DNA of 25,510 nt from a virus (IMGVR_UViG_3300044723_003767:1-25510), one strand, 5' to 3'. Shown: positions 1 to 9,479, counted from the stretch's first letter. The notes: generated from the letters alone by a model not told the origin. Numbers and translations: made by a program.

Positions 1-2
1 CT

Positions 3-1970
3 CCTGAGCGCGTCAAGTCTCAAAGGTACTTTGATGGTGAGGTTGATATTGGTTATGAGCCTGGGCGTTCTAGGGTAGTAGCTACTAAGGTCCGTGATAT
101 TGTCAGAGGCATCAAACCCTCACTAATGCGAATCTTTTTATCTTCTGAGCGACCTGTAGAGTTTATGCCTATGGGGCCAGAGGATGTTGCTAACGCTGAA
201 CAGGCAAATAGATATATGCACTGGAAGTTTGGCGAGATTGGCGGATATAAAGTTTTAAACGATGTATTCCATGATGCCTTGATTAAAAAGAATGGCATCG
301 TCAAAGTTTACTGGGAAACTTATGAGAAAGGAACTACGTACACCTTTAATGATTTGAATGACATGGAGTTCTCACTGATTGTCAATGAGGATGACATCGA
401 GGTTATTGAACACTCAGAAGAAACTAGCATAGAGATTGATGAAACCGGCATTGAGATTGAGGACACCAAGCACTCAATCAAGATTATCCGTAAAGAGGAA
501 GATGGCAGGCTTTGTGTTGAGTCTGTCCCACCTGAAGAATTCTTTGTAGACAGGAATGCTCGCTCTATTGATGATGCTTATGTTGTCTGCCAGAGAAGCG
601 AGATGCGTGTTGGTGATTTGGTTGAGATGGGCTATGACTTTGATGATGTAATTGAATTATCAGGCATCTCTGATTCTGCTTCACTGGTTGATGAGGAGCA
701 GTACGCTCGAAGCGGATTCTATCGTGACAGAGCTGAAGAAGATTATCGTGACCCATCAATGAAGATGGTGCTAGTCACTGAAGCTTATATGTATATGGAT
801 ATTGATGGTGCTGGTATCGCACAGCTTTACAAATTTATCTTGGGTGGTAGCTCATACAAGGTATTGGATTACGAACTGGCTGACGAGATTCCTTTTGCCG
901 TCTTTGAGTGCGACCCAGAGCCGCATACATTCTATGGTCGCTCAGTTGCCGATCTTATTCTTAATGACCAAGATGCCTGCACTTCTGTCCTTCGAGGTGT
1001 TTTGGACAACGTGGCACTAACCAACAATCCTCCTCTTGATGTGGTTGAAGATTTGGTAAACATGGATGATGTTCTGAACAATGAGATTGGAGCAATCCGC
1101 CGCATGAAGCAGATCGGAGCTATCCAGGCTAACCCTGTTCCTTTTGTTGCTGGTTCTACTCTGCCAGCACTTCAGTACATGGATGATCAGGTTGAGTCTA
1201 AGACAGGTGTATCAAGAGCGTCTATGGGGCTTGACCCAGATGCCTTGCAGAACGCTACCGCAACTGCTGTATCTATGACTATGAGCGCAGCAGCAGGACA
1301 GATTGAGGTTATCGCCAGAAACTTTGCTGAAGGTGGAATGAAACGGATGTTCAAGCTAATGCTTAATGAGATGACCAAAAATTCTGAAGATGAAGTAATC
1401 ATGAGATTGAATGGCCAGTTTATCCCTGTAGACCCTAGAGTCTGGAACAGCGACATGGACCTGACTATCAATGTTGGATTAGGTACTGGCAAAGAAGAAC
1501 AGAAGATGGTTGCCCTGAATAATACTTTACAGCAGCAGATGATGGTTTATCAAACATATGGACCGCAAAACGGATTAGTCACTATGACCAATATCCGCAA
1601 TACTCTTGGTGATATGCTTTCAATGTCTGGAATTAGAAATGCTGACAGATATTTTGCTCCAATGTCTCCTGAGATCGAGCAAATGTTACTGCAACAGGCT
1701 CAGGCAGCACAGCAGGCGGCAGCACAAGGCCAGGCTGATCCGAATCAGGCCTACCTACAGGCGGAGCAGATGAAGGCTCAGGCTAGAGCTGAGAGCGATA
1801 TGATGAAGATGCAGTTAGACGCTCAGAAGGCAGCCGCTAAAGATGACCTAGAACGAGACAAGATGGACCAAGACTTATTAATTAAAGGCGCAGAGGTTGT
1901 TGGCAAATACGGCACTGCTGTAGATGTTGCCAGAATCAAACAATTACAAAACGAGCCTAGAGGCATTTAA
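3..1970 (+). CDS. Portal protein (P22/SU10-like), 5'-truncated by window edge
   Basis: Frame is open from base 3 (PERVKSQRYFDGEVDIG...SRVVATKVRD...), so the ATG at 126 is internal. Motifs DALIKKNGIVKVYW, VPPEEF, PHTFYGRS and a Q-rich coiled-coil C-terminus. Lies upstream of scaffold and capsid. Confidence 0.92.
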   Translation, partial: PERVKSQRYFDGEVDIGYEPGRSRVVATKVRDIVRGIKPSLMRIFLSSERPVEFMPMGPEDVANAEQANRYMHWKFGEIGGYKVLNDVFHDALIKKNGIVKVYWETYEKGTTYTFNDLNDMEFSLIVNEDDIEVIEHSEETSIEIDETGIEIEDTKHSIKIIRKEEDGRLCVESVPPEEFFVDRNARSIDDAYVVCQRSEMRVGDLVEMGYDFDDVIELSGISDSASLVDEEQYARSGFYRDRAEEDYRDPSMKMVLVTEAYMYMDIDGAGIAQLYKFILGGSSYKVLDYELADEIPFAVFECDPEPHTFYGRSVADLILNDQDACTSVLRGVLDNVALTNNPPLDVVEDLVNMDDVLNNEIGAIRRMKQIGAIQANPVPFVAGSTLPALQYMDDQVESKTGVSRASMGLDPDALQNATATAVSMTMSAAAGQIEVIARNFAEGGMKRMFKLMLNEMTKNSEDEVIMRLNGQFIPVDPRVWNSDMDLTINVGLGTGKEEQKMVALNNTLQQQMMVYQTYGPQNGLVTMTNIRNTLGDMLSMSGIRNADRYFAPMSPEIEQMLLQQAQAAQQAAAQGQADPNQAYLQAEQMKAQARAESDMMKMQLDAQKAAAKDDLERDKMDQDLLIKGAEVVGKYGTAVDVARIKQLQNEPRGI

Positions 1971-2206
1971 TGGATGTAAAGCAAAAGGCTGCTAGAGCCA
2001 GAGAGCTATTGCATAACGAGTCATTCGTAAAAGTTATGGATGACATCAAAAAGGAACAGGTAAACAGATTTCTAAACTCTATTCCTACGGATACAGAGTT
2101 GAGAGAGCAAGCGCATTCAGTAGTGAATGCAATTAGAGTTATCGAGTCCTATCTCCAATCTGCAATAACAGACGAGAAGGTTTTCGATAAAAAACACAAT
2201 AAATAG
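1970..2206 (+). CDS. Small hypothetical protein between portal and scaffold
   Basis: 78 aa, helical, TAATG coupling to portal stop. Confidence 0.8.
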   Translation: MDVKQKAARARELLHNESFVKVMDDIKKEQVNRFLNSIPTDTELREQAHSVVNAIRVIESYLQSAITDEKVFDKKHNK

Positions 2207-2221
2207 GAGATCAGCACCGCT

Positions 2222-3208
2222 ATGTCGACTGACAATGACGGCACAATTGAGGCCGTAGCCAACAGCTTGTTGGCAAACATACCAGAACAAGAAAGTAACC
2301 TTGAGTCAGATACTCCCGAAGTGGAATCTGAAGATGTACAAGAAGAAATCTTGGATGAAGGTGATATGGAAGAATCTGATGAGACTGATGCTGACGAGGC
2401 AGAAGTTGATGAAGATGATTCCGAAGATGTAGCTGAAGAACTGGATGACGATGGTCAGGATGCCCTTGAAGTTTTTTCCGTCAAAGTAGATGGAGAGGAA
2501 GTTCAGGTAAGCATAGATGACCTAAAACGCTCTTACAGTGGTCAAGCTTACATTCAGAAAGGAATGCAAGAAGCTGCTAATCAGAAGAAAGAAGCTGAAG
2601 CAGTTTATCAAGCACTCCTTCAAGAGCGACAGCAAACTTCACAGCTTTTAAGCCAGATGCAATCTGGTGAGATGTTACAAGAGCCGCAAGCTCCAACTAA
2701 AGAACTGTTCAACAAGGACCCGATTGGGTACATGGAAGCCAAGATGCAGTACGATGAGGCTAAGTCCGAATTCGACAAGCAGCAAGCAACCATCCAACAG
2801 GCCCAAGCTCAACAGAATCAGCAGATGGAGTACGCAAGGCAGGTATATCTCAAGGAAGAAATGCAGAAACTTACTCAAGTTATCCCTGATTTTGCTGACC
2901 CTGAAAAGGCAGGCAAGATGAGAGATGATTTAGTACAAGGCGGAATGAAGTTAGGCTTCTCTGAGGCCGAGCTTGCAGAGGTATCAGACCACAGGGCCTT
3001 AGTAGCTTTGTATAAAGCTATGAAATACGATGAAATCGTAAATGGCAAAGAGAAGGCGGTTAATAAAACCAAGAACTCACGAAAGATGGTTAAGCCTGGA
3101 GCTAAGAAATCTGCATCACTCTCTAAAGTAAAAGCGCGTGAGCAAGCTGTTTCCAGAATGAAACAAACTGGTGACGTTAATGACGTTGCTAATTTTATAA
3201 TAAGCTAA
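2222..3208 (+). CDS. Head scaffolding protein
   Basis: Very acidic N-terminus, VKVDGEEVQVSIDDLKRSY motif, coiled coil, basic C-terminus, directly before the capsid gene. Confidence 0.88.
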   Translation: MSTDNDGTIEAVANSLLANIPEQESNLESDTPEVESEDVQEEILDEGDMEESDETDADEAEVDEDDSEDVAEELDDDGQDALEVFSVKVDGEEVQVSIDDLKRSYSGQAYIQKGMQEAANQKKEAEAVYQALLQERQQTSQLLSQMQSGEMLQEPQAPTKELFNKDPIGYMEAKMQYDEAKSEFDKQQATIQQAQAQQNQQMEYARQVYLKEEMQKLTQVIPDFADPEKAGKMRDDLVQGGMKLGFSEAELAEVSDHRALVALYKAMKYDEIVNGKEKAVNKTKNSRKMVKPGAKKSASLSKVKAREQAVSRMKQTGDVNDVANFIIS

Positions 3209-3227
3209 CTTTAAGAGGTAATAAAAA

Positions 3228-4199
3228 ATGGGCGTATCAGCTAATACTGTTGAAACCTATGATAGCTCAGTCATCCGTGAAGATTTACAAGATGCTCTGA
3301 TTTCTATCTCTCCAACCGAAACACCTTTCATGTCTGCTATTGGCCGAAGAAATGTTGCCAATACTTATTTTGAGTGGGGTGTTGTATCTTTAACTGCCGC
3401 CGATAGCTCTAACCGAGTTATTGAAGGCGAAGCCGCTCCAGGTAATGACGCATTAACTGCTGCTGTACGTCAGGGCAACTATACTCAGATTTCTGATAAA
3501 GTTGTTGAAGTATCTGACACTGCTGAAGCTGTTAATGGCGCAGGCAACGAGCAGACTATTGCTAAACAGATCGCTTACAAGCTGAAAGAGCTTAAACGCG
3601 ATATGGAAACCATGCTTACAGCTAACGTAGCTGCTTCTGCTGGTGCTTCTGGAACTGCTCGTCAGACTGCTGGACTTCCAGCTTTCTTGCGCACTAATGC
3701 TAGTAGAGCTGGTGATGGTGCTGATGGGACTACTTCTGGTTCTGGTGATTCTGGATATGTTGATGCTGCTGCTACCGATGGTACACAGCGTGACGTAACT
3801 GAGGACCTGTTGAAATCTGTTATTGCCCAGTGCTGGGATGCAGGTGCAGAGCCTTCAGTTGTTATCTGCGGATCAGGCGTTAAGCAGGAAATCTCTACTT
3901 TCACTGGTAATGCTACTAAGTACAAAGATATCACTGACAAAACTTTGTCAGCCGCTATTGATGTATATGTAAGTGACTTCGGTGAGCTAACTATCGTTCC
4001 AGATCGTTTTTCTCGCGGTCGCGATTGTTTAGTTCTTGACCCGAACTATGCTCGTGTAGCTTATCTGAAACCTACTACTCAGAAACCACTTGCTCGCACT
4101 GGTCACAGTGAGCGCAGACTGATTTCTGTAGAGTATGGCTTACAGATAGATAACGAAGCAGCACATGGTATCGTTGCTGACGTTAACACTAGCTACTAA
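3228..4199 (+). CDS. Major capsid protein (DUF5309/SU10-type)
   Basis: REDL..ISPTETPF, NYTQI, ELKRDME and YVSDFG motifs. RBS AAGAGG. Terminator downstream. Confidence 0.93.
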   Translation: MGVSANTVETYDSSVIREDLQDALISISPTETPFMSAIGRRNVANTYFEWGVVSLTAADSSNRVIEGEAAPGNDALTAAVRQGNYTQISDKVVEVSDTAEAVNGAGNEQTIAKQIAYKLKELKRDMETMLTANVAASAGASGTARQTAGLPAFLRTNASRAGDGADGTTSGSGDSGYVDAAATDGTQRDVTEDLLKSVIAQCWDAGAEPSVVICGSGVKQEISTFTGNATKYKDITDKTLSAAIDVYVSDFGELTIVPDRFSRGRDCLVLDPNYARVAYLKPTTQKPLARTGHSERRLISVEYGLQIDNEAAHGIVADVNTSY

Positions 4200-4217
4200 T
4201 CATAGCTAACTAATGAT

Positions 4218-4244
4218 GGGGAGCTTTGGCTCCCCTGATTTTTT
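4218..4244 (+). terminator. Intrinsic terminator after capsid gene
   Basis: GGGGAGC-TTTG-GCTCCCC stem followed by TGATTTTTT. Confidence 0.85.
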
Positions 4245-4253
4245 GGAGATTAA

Positions 4254-4544
4254 ATGAAAGACTCAATAATCAAAGAAAAAATGCAAGAGGAAGATGGGAA
4301 GCTTCATATCGTAAGACAGCAGGATGTCTCAGAGATTTTAAAAATGACAAAGCATCTTCGGGATGTATCTCCATCAAGAAAGGGTGATGCAAACTGGAGG
4401 TTAGCAGGAAAAATACCATTAGTTATTGCTGAACAGTGGTCAAGAGAGTGTAAAGCTGGCATTGGCACACAAGAGTTTGCCGCATATGTTAAGAAGAAAT
4501 TACAGGATAGCGATTGGGCTTATTTGCGCGTTAGGGGTTACTAG
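4254..4544 (+). CDS. Hypothetical phage protein (post-capsid)
   Basis: 96 aa, RBS GGAG, WRLAGKIPLVIAEQW motif of the type commonly seen just after this capsid family. Confidence 0.8.
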   Translation: MKDSIIKEKMQEEDGKLHIVRQQDVSEILKMTKHLRDVSPSRKGDANWRLAGKIPLVIAEQWSRECKAGIGTQEFAAYVKKKLQDSDWAYLRVRGY

Positions 4545-5118
4545 CCTATTTGCGCAAACTCAGACAGGTGATTTGAATACTAATAATGTCAACTCAACTG
4601 TCAATAGCGAAAATCCAGACAATTCTGTTGTAAATAACTTCAATGGTGCTGGCTCTGCTTCTAGGGTAACACCAGTGCCATCGGCCATTACGCCAAGCTA
4701 TATTTTCAACGGAAGCGATAGCTGCTTGATAGGAACGGGCGCAGGGATACAGCTAGACGTACTAGGCTTCAGCATTGGCGGCTATAAGCAAGATGATGAG
4801 TGTAACCGAAGGCGTGACGCTAGAGCTTTAAACGACTTAGGTATGCAGATAGCAGCAATAAGCCGTTTATGCCAATCAGATGAGAATTGGACTGCAATGT
4901 TCAAAGCAGGAACTTATTGCCCTGTTATGGTAAGAGGAAGCCTGATGGTAGGCAGGCAAGCGTATTTTGCAATGAGGCGTGACCCAGAATTATTGATACC
5001 GAACTATCGGCAAGACAGAGAGTTTTATGATGCCGTACTTGGCATAGGAGTTGAAGATGAAGAAAGCACTAACGACACTCGCAGTATCTCTGAGCGTTTC
5101 AGGACAAGCATACGCTGA
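4486..5118 (+). CDS. Putative exported protein with four cysteines
   Basis: Start re-assigned to ATG 4486, giving a Sec-type signal MLRRNYRIAIGLICALGVTSLFA|Q. N-rich linker, then DSCL/DECN/LCQ/YCP. Confidence 0.78.
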   Translation: MLRRNYRIAIGLICALGVTSLFAQTQTGDLNTNNVNSTVNSENPDNSVVNNFNGAGSASRVTPVPSAITPSYIFNGSDSCLIGTGAGIQLDVLGFSIGGYKQDDECNRRRDARALNDLGMQIAAISRLCQSDENWTAMFKAGTYCPVMVRGSLMVGRQAYFAMRRDPELLIPNYRQDREFYDAVLGIGVEDEESTNDTRSISERFRTSIR

Positions 5119-5824
5119 TGAAATCTCAGACCTTGTCAATGCGAGCAACTCGCTCATTACCACGATTGATAATGGACAGTATGCTGTGTCTGGTCTTGCA
5201 TACTATGCTGGTATTGGTGGGATTGCTGAGTCTAATACGATTGACTCCGCTATTATATCGCAGGCTCAGATGGATGCTTATAATACTGCACTGGCAGATG
5301 TCCAGGCGGCCACCTATTATAATGCGCAGATGTTTTTTGAAGACCAAGCGGATATTGCGCTTGAACAGATGAGCTTGGCTGTTGACGACTTTGTAGATGC
5401 GACCAGCGCGATGTCTCAGGTCATTACTGTTTTCGATATGGCATCAAATGCTACCGATACAGATACACAACTTGCCTTGCAGTCTTATGTAACTGATAAC
5501 GCCCTGTCCATTACTCAGGGGCAGGTATTGGAATACAACGATTCACTTGAAAGTGTACAGACCTACTCACAGATGGCTGCTGCTTTTGTTCAGGCAAGTC
5601 AGAATGATTTTATTACCCAGACTGTTGACCAGCAGAGTCAAGACTTCAATGTGTCTTTGTTTGAGACAACCGCCACTTATACGCAATCCACTGATCACAT
5701 GATGCTGACTTGGGCGCAGACAAATGAGTCTATGGGTTTTATGAATTTCTTCCAAAACGACATGAAATCAGCTCTGGATGTGATGGGCGTAGGTCAAAGT
5801 ATTTACGAAGGTCAGAAATTGTAA
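5051..5824 (+). CDS. Putative exported acidic helical protein
   Basis: Signal peptide MKKALTTLAVSLSVSGQAYA|D (A-x-A site). Mature region is D/Q/A/T rich and nearly lacks K/R. Confidence 0.8.
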   Translation: MKMKKALTTLAVSLSVSGQAYADEISDLVNASNSLITTIDNGQYAVSGLAYYAGIGGIAESNTIDSAIISQAQMDAYNTALADVQAATYYNAQMFFEDQADIALEQMSLAVDDFVDATSAMSQVITVFDMASNATDTDTQLALQSYVTDNALSITQGQVLEYNDSLESVQTYSQMAAAFVQASQNDFITQTVDQQSQDFNVSLFETTATYTQSTDHMMLTWAQTNESMGFMNFFQNDMKSALDVMGVGQSIYEGQKL

Positions 5825-6375
5825 TGCTGGATGAGGCTGAAGTCAGTGTTGGTGGCTTCAAGCTCAAGGGTGCTTGGATTATTGTTGCTTTATCTATCCT
5901 AGCACCTGTCGCTGGCGGTATCTGGACTGCTGCCGAGTTCTTTGGTCGCATCGATTCGCTGGAAGGCTCTGTATCAGAATTTACCATTCCTGACATTTCT
6001 CCGTTGCAAGAACAACTCTCTGTTATGCGCTCAGAGCTTGATACAGTGCGCTCAGAGGTAGGCGGTACAGGAGTACGTCTTGACACCAGAATCGCTGTTA
6101 TTGAGGAACAGATGGACTCACAAGATGTATCCCAGCTACAAGGCAGATTAGCTGAACTTGCTACCAACCTTCAGACCATTATGAATCAGCAACAACAACT
6201 ACTAGATTTGCGAGATAGGGTAGAAGCTGCCGAGCGTATAGTGCTTGAAAATCAACGACTTTCAGAGGATACTTTGGATTCCATTCAAGAATTTGAACAG
6301 GATGTTGACCGCTTTGCCCAAGAAGTAGAAGATTTATGGGAAGCATTTGACGCGGTATCCAATCCACTGAGATGA
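5824..6375 (+). CDS. Membrane-anchored coiled-coil protein
   Basis: One N-terminal TM segment (AWIIVALSILAPVAGGIW) then heptad-rich helix. TAATG coupling. Confidence 0.8.
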   Translation: MLDEAEVSVGGFKLKGAWIIVALSILAPVAGGIWTAAEFFGRIDSLEGSVSEFTIPDISPLQEQLSVMRSELDTVRSEVGGTGVRLDTRIAVIEEQMDSQDVSQLQGRLAELATNLQTIMNQQQQLLDLRDRVEAAERIVLENQRLSEDTLDSIQEFEQDVDRFAQEVEDLWEAFDAVSNPLR

Positions 6376-6385
6376 GAGTAAAAGC

Positions 6386-7645
6386 ATGACACAACTACCG
6401 ACAAAAAACACTTGGGATTGGCTTTCTGTTCCTGACGAAGCTGAAGAAATATTTGTCAATTATCCCACTCGCTGGTATTGGGTGAAAAAAAACCAAGAAA
6501 GAATCAAGAAAGGCATTTCCATGTCTGAGATGGCTCAATCTCATAATATTAATATGCGCTCCATGCAAAGGCAGCTTGCCTTCTCGAAAGAGATGCTTCT
6601 CAAGCATGGAATTGACTGCACAATTTCAGAGCCAATGTATAATGCTGTACCTGCTCCACATTACCTTAAAGGTCAGTCTACCTACTATAAAATAAATCCA
6701 GAGACAGGCGAGAAAACTGCCGTCGCTCAGTGGCACAAGACCGACATTGACCGAGAGCGCAAAGAGCAGCCGTTTAAGGATTTTGTTGCTGACGCTGTTC
6801 AAGGCATCAAGCCATTTCCATTAGTTAAGCAACCTAAGTCGGCTCCGAAAGATGCAGACAAATGCACTGTCTACACTCTGACGGATTTCCATCTGGGTAT
6901 GTATGCTTGGGCAGACGAAACTGGTAATGATTGGGACATGGAAATTGCTGAAAAGGTTATGCTTGGAGCTTTCCAAGATATGATGGATGGCTCGCCAGAT
7001 TCCGAGCAAGCTGTATTCGCCCAGCTAGGTGATTTGCTTCACTGGGATGGTATGCTTTTCCAGCCAGTTACAAGCTCTGGTAAAAATGTCCTTGATGCCG
7101 ACACAAGATTCCCAAGACTCGTTCAGTCAGCAATCAATTTGATGATAAAAGCTGTCGAGATGCTTCTTCACAAGCACAAGCAGGTTCATGTGATTATGGC
7201 TGAAGGAAATCACGACCAAGCAAGCTCAGTATGGCTCAGAGCTATCATGGGTGCAATGTTCGCTAAGAATAAAAGAGTCACTGTAGAGTTAAGCCCATTC
7301 CCTTACTACGTCTACAGGTTTGAGGACTGCTTTCTGGCTTGGCATCATGGTCACCTGACTCGCAAGCTGGAAGATTTGCCATTGAGATTTGCGACTGAAT
7401 GGCGTGATGATTTTGGAAAGTGTAAGTGGACATATATTCACACAGGACACCACCATACTAAGCAAGTCATCGAGAAGGCTGGGATATTCATTGAGCAGCA
7501 TCCTACTCTGTCTGCCAGAGATGCTTACGCAGCAAGAAATTTCATGATGGCGCAAAGAGGCGCATCTGCAATAACATACGCAAAAGGTGTAGGGGAATAC
7601 TCTCGCATTACAGTGCGCCCCAAAATTGATGTAAAAAGTGTATAA
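6386..7645 (+). CDS. Calcineurin-like metallophosphoesterase with N-terminal HTH-like region
   Basis: All five motifs present: DFH, GDLLH, GNHD, HHGH, GHHH. GISMSEMAQSHNINMRSMQRQL resembles an HTH. Confidence 0.85.
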   Translation: MTQLPTKNTWDWLSVPDEAEEIFVNYPTRWYWVKKNQERIKKGISMSEMAQSHNINMRSMQRQLAFSKEMLLKHGIDCTISEPMYNAVPAPHYLKGQSTYYKINPETGEKTAVAQWHKTDIDRERKEQPFKDFVADAVQGIKPFPLVKQPKSAPKDADKCTVYTLTDFHLGMYAWADETGNDWDMEIAEKVMLGAFQDMMDGSPDSEQAVFAQLGDLLHWDGMLFQPVTSSGKNVLDADTRFPRLVQSAINLMIKAVEMLLHKHKQVHVIMAEGNHDQASSVWLRAIMGAMFAKNKRVTVELSPFPYYVYRFEDCFLAWHHGHLTRKLEDLPLRFATEWRDDFGKCKWTYIHTGHHHTKQVIEKAGIFIEQHPTLSARDAYAARNFMMAQRGASAITYAKGVGEYSRITVRPKIDVKSV

Positions 7646-7652
7646 TACGCTC

Positions 7653-7934
7653 ATGGCTAAAGACACAAGATTAGAGCGGAACAACCTTGCAGGCTTCAAC
7701 AAGCCCAAAAGAACACCGAATCACCCAACTAAAAGTCATGTGGTGTTAGCCAAAGAAGGCGATCAGACTAAGCTTATTCGTTTCGGCCAGCAAGGTGTAT
7801 CTGGATCGCCTGCCCGTAAAGGTGAGAGCAGTGCAAATGCGGCCAGACGTAAATCTTTTAAGGCTCGCCATGCTAAAAATATTGCTAAAGGCAAGATGAG
7901 TGCAGCATATTGGGCTAACAAGGTGAAATGGTAA
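7653..7934 (+). CDS. Small basic phage protein (IRFGQQG / SFKARH / SAAYWA family)
   Basis: K/R-rich 93 aa. ATG 7653 preferred over GTG 7638. TATAAT at 7641-7646 lies just upstream. Confidence 0.8.
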   Translation: MAKDTRLERNNLAGFNKPKRTPNHPTKSHVVLAKEGDQTKLIRFGQQGVSGSPARKGESSANAARRKSFKARHAKNIAKGKMSAAYWANKVKW

Positions 7935-8101
7935 TGCCAGGTAAAGGTTTGTACGCAAATATTAACGCAAAGCGAAAAAGAATAACTTCTCAGAAAGCTC
8001 GCGGCGCAAAGAAAGTTGAAAGAATGAGAAGCCCCGGCAGCAAAGGCGCACCAACTGCCTCAGCTTTTCGCAAAGCTAAAAAGACTGCCAAGAAAAAATA
8101 G
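7934..8101 (+). CDS. Small highly basic protein (55 aa, not in ORF track)
   Basis: MPGKGLYANINAKRKRITSQKARGAKKVERMRSPGSKGAPTASAFRKAKKTAKKK. TAATG coupling. Confidence 0.8.
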   Translation: MPGKGLYANINAKRKRITSQKARGAKKVERMRSPGSKGAPTASAFRKAKKTAKKK

Positions 8102-8102
8102 C

Positions 8103-8276
8103 ATGAACAACGAGCAGAAAATAGAAATGCTCATGAGTATATGCGCTTACACTGGTGGCGAATGGACACCAGAAGATTGCTATGAATTTTATTGCTATAT
8201 CTATGACGAGCTTGAAGAACAAAAACCTAAACCAGACATAAGAGTAATTGAAAGTGGACCCACAGACACTCATTAA
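8103..8276 (+). CDS. Small acidic hypothetical protein (57 aa, not in ORF track)
   Basis: MNNEQKIEMLMSICAYTGGEWTPEDCYEFYCYIYDELEEQKPKPDIRVIESGPTDTH fills the gap between its neighbours. Confidence 0.65.
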   Translation: MNNEQKIEMLMSICAYTGGEWTPEDCYEFYCYIYDELEEQKPKPDIRVIESGPTDTH

Positions 8277-8466
8277 CTTTGCATTTAGTATTATCGCCGC
8301 TGGTTGCGGCTGGATCATCAAATCTATCTACGATGCGATGAAGTCTCTGGAAAAAGAGGTCCACATAGAATACGTCAGGAAAGATGATTTCCGAGAGGAC
8401 ATGAAGGAAGTAAAAGAGATGCTAAATGCCATCTTCAAACGCTTAGATAATAAGGCGGATAAATGA
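8254..8466 (+). CDS. Single-TM holin-like/lysis-associated protein
   Basis: N-terminal TM plus charged helix (YVRKDDFREDM...RLDNKADK). GTG start assumed. Heads the lysis cassette. Confidence 0.65.
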   Translation: MDPQTLINFAFSIIAAGCGWIIKSIYDAMKSLEKEVHIEYVRKDDFREDMKEVKEMLNAIFKRLDNKADK

Positions 8467-8576
8467 AAAAGCTTGGATACGCTATCACAATATTTCTTTG
8501 CAAATTAACTGACAAGCAAGCTGGCTATTTGTTCACTGCAATAGCAGCTCTCATCATTGGATTAGGTATTTTATGA
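8463..8576 (+). CDS. 37-aa membrane peptide (not in ORF track)
   Basis: MKKLGYAITIFLCKLTDKQAGYLFTAIAALIIGLGIL. ATGA overlaps at both ends. Confidence 0.7.
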   Translation: MKKLGYAITIFLCKLTDKQAGYLFTAIAALIIGLGIL

Positions 8577-9052
8577 AATTCTCTGCAATAAAAGGTCTTG
8601 TTGGTGCTGTTGCTCCCACTCTCGGTGCTGCTTTGGGCGGACCAGTAGGCGGTGCTGCAATGCAAGTTGTTTCTCAGGTTCTAGGATGCAAGCCAGATGA
8701 GCGCAGCGTAGAGCAGGCTATATCTCAAGCAAGTGCAGAGGACTTGGCAAAGATTCGTGAGGCAGAGCTTGAATTTGAGGCTAAGATGCAGCAGATGGAA
8801 GTAGATGTTTTTGCGCTCGAAACTCAAGACCGCCAATCTGCACGATCTCACTTCGCAAAGGATTGGACCGCAAGAGCTTTGGCAATTTCATTGATGCTTC
8901 TATTTGCAACATATATCATTCTGGTTACTGTTTTGCCCAACGATCTAATCGGCAATGAGGCCACGATAAATCTGATATTAGGAAGCATAACCGGAAGCTT
9001 CTCGACAGTGGTTGCATTTTATTTTGGCAGTTCGCAGAAACAAGATGACTGA
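8573..9052 (+). CDS. Holin (3TM/GTA-type)
   Basis: VAPTLGAALGGPVGG N-terminus, DRQSAR motif, two C-terminal TMs ending FYFGSS, adjacent to lysozyme. Confidence 0.8.
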   Translation: MKFSAIKGLVGAVAPTLGAALGGPVGGAAMQVVSQVLGCKPDERSVEQAISQASAEDLAKIREAELEFEAKMQQMEVDVFALETQDRQSARSHFAKDWTARALAISLMLLFATYIILVTVLPNDLIGNEATINLILGSITGSFSTVVAFYFGSSQKQDD

Positions 9053-9479
9053 TAATATCGTAAAACTCCTGCGCCATCACGAAGGCGTAAAAGCTCATGC
9101 GTACAAGTGTACTGCCAACAAGATAACTGTCGGCGTTGGTCGCAATATTGATCCTGAAGGCGGCTTAGGGCTTTTTGACGATGAGATAGACTATATGCTG
9201 ACCAATGACATTAATAGAGTCATAAAGGAGCTAGGAGAGGCTTTTCCTTGGTTTTCAGGGCTTGATGAAGCTAGAAGGGATGCCATGATAGATATCTGCT
9301 TTAACTTAGGTATGCCGAGGCTTAAAGGCTTTGCAAAAGCTCTATCTGCTATGGCAAGTGAAGATTACGAAATTGCGGCGTATGAGTTTTCAGACTCAGC
9401 TTGGTTCAAGCAAGTCGGTAATAGGGCGCAGACCATTGTTGATATGATCCGCTTTGGTAAGTACCCAGACCTACCTTGA
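9045..9479 (+). CDS. Endolysin, GH24 (T4-like) lysozyme
   Basis: HEG..AYKC....TVGVGRN catalytic region, FNLG and QVGNRA motifs. ATG 9045 preferred. Confidence 0.9.
   Translation: MTDNIVKLLRHHEGVKAHAYKCTANKITVGVGRNIDPEGGLGLFDDEIDYMLTNDINRVIKELGEAFPWFSGLDEARRDAMIDICFNLGMPRLKGFAKALSAMASEDYEIAAYEFSDSAWFKQVGNRAQTIVDMIRFGKYPDLP

Noticed and set aside
4426-4485. ORF-track N-terminal extension of the exported protein
   Set aside because: TTG start deep inside the upstream gene; ATG 4486 gives a proper signal peptide.
4486-6375. Curli CsgE/F/G or canonical spanin assignment for the envelope cassette
   Set aside because: No lipobox and no CsgG/CsgF motifs recognised.
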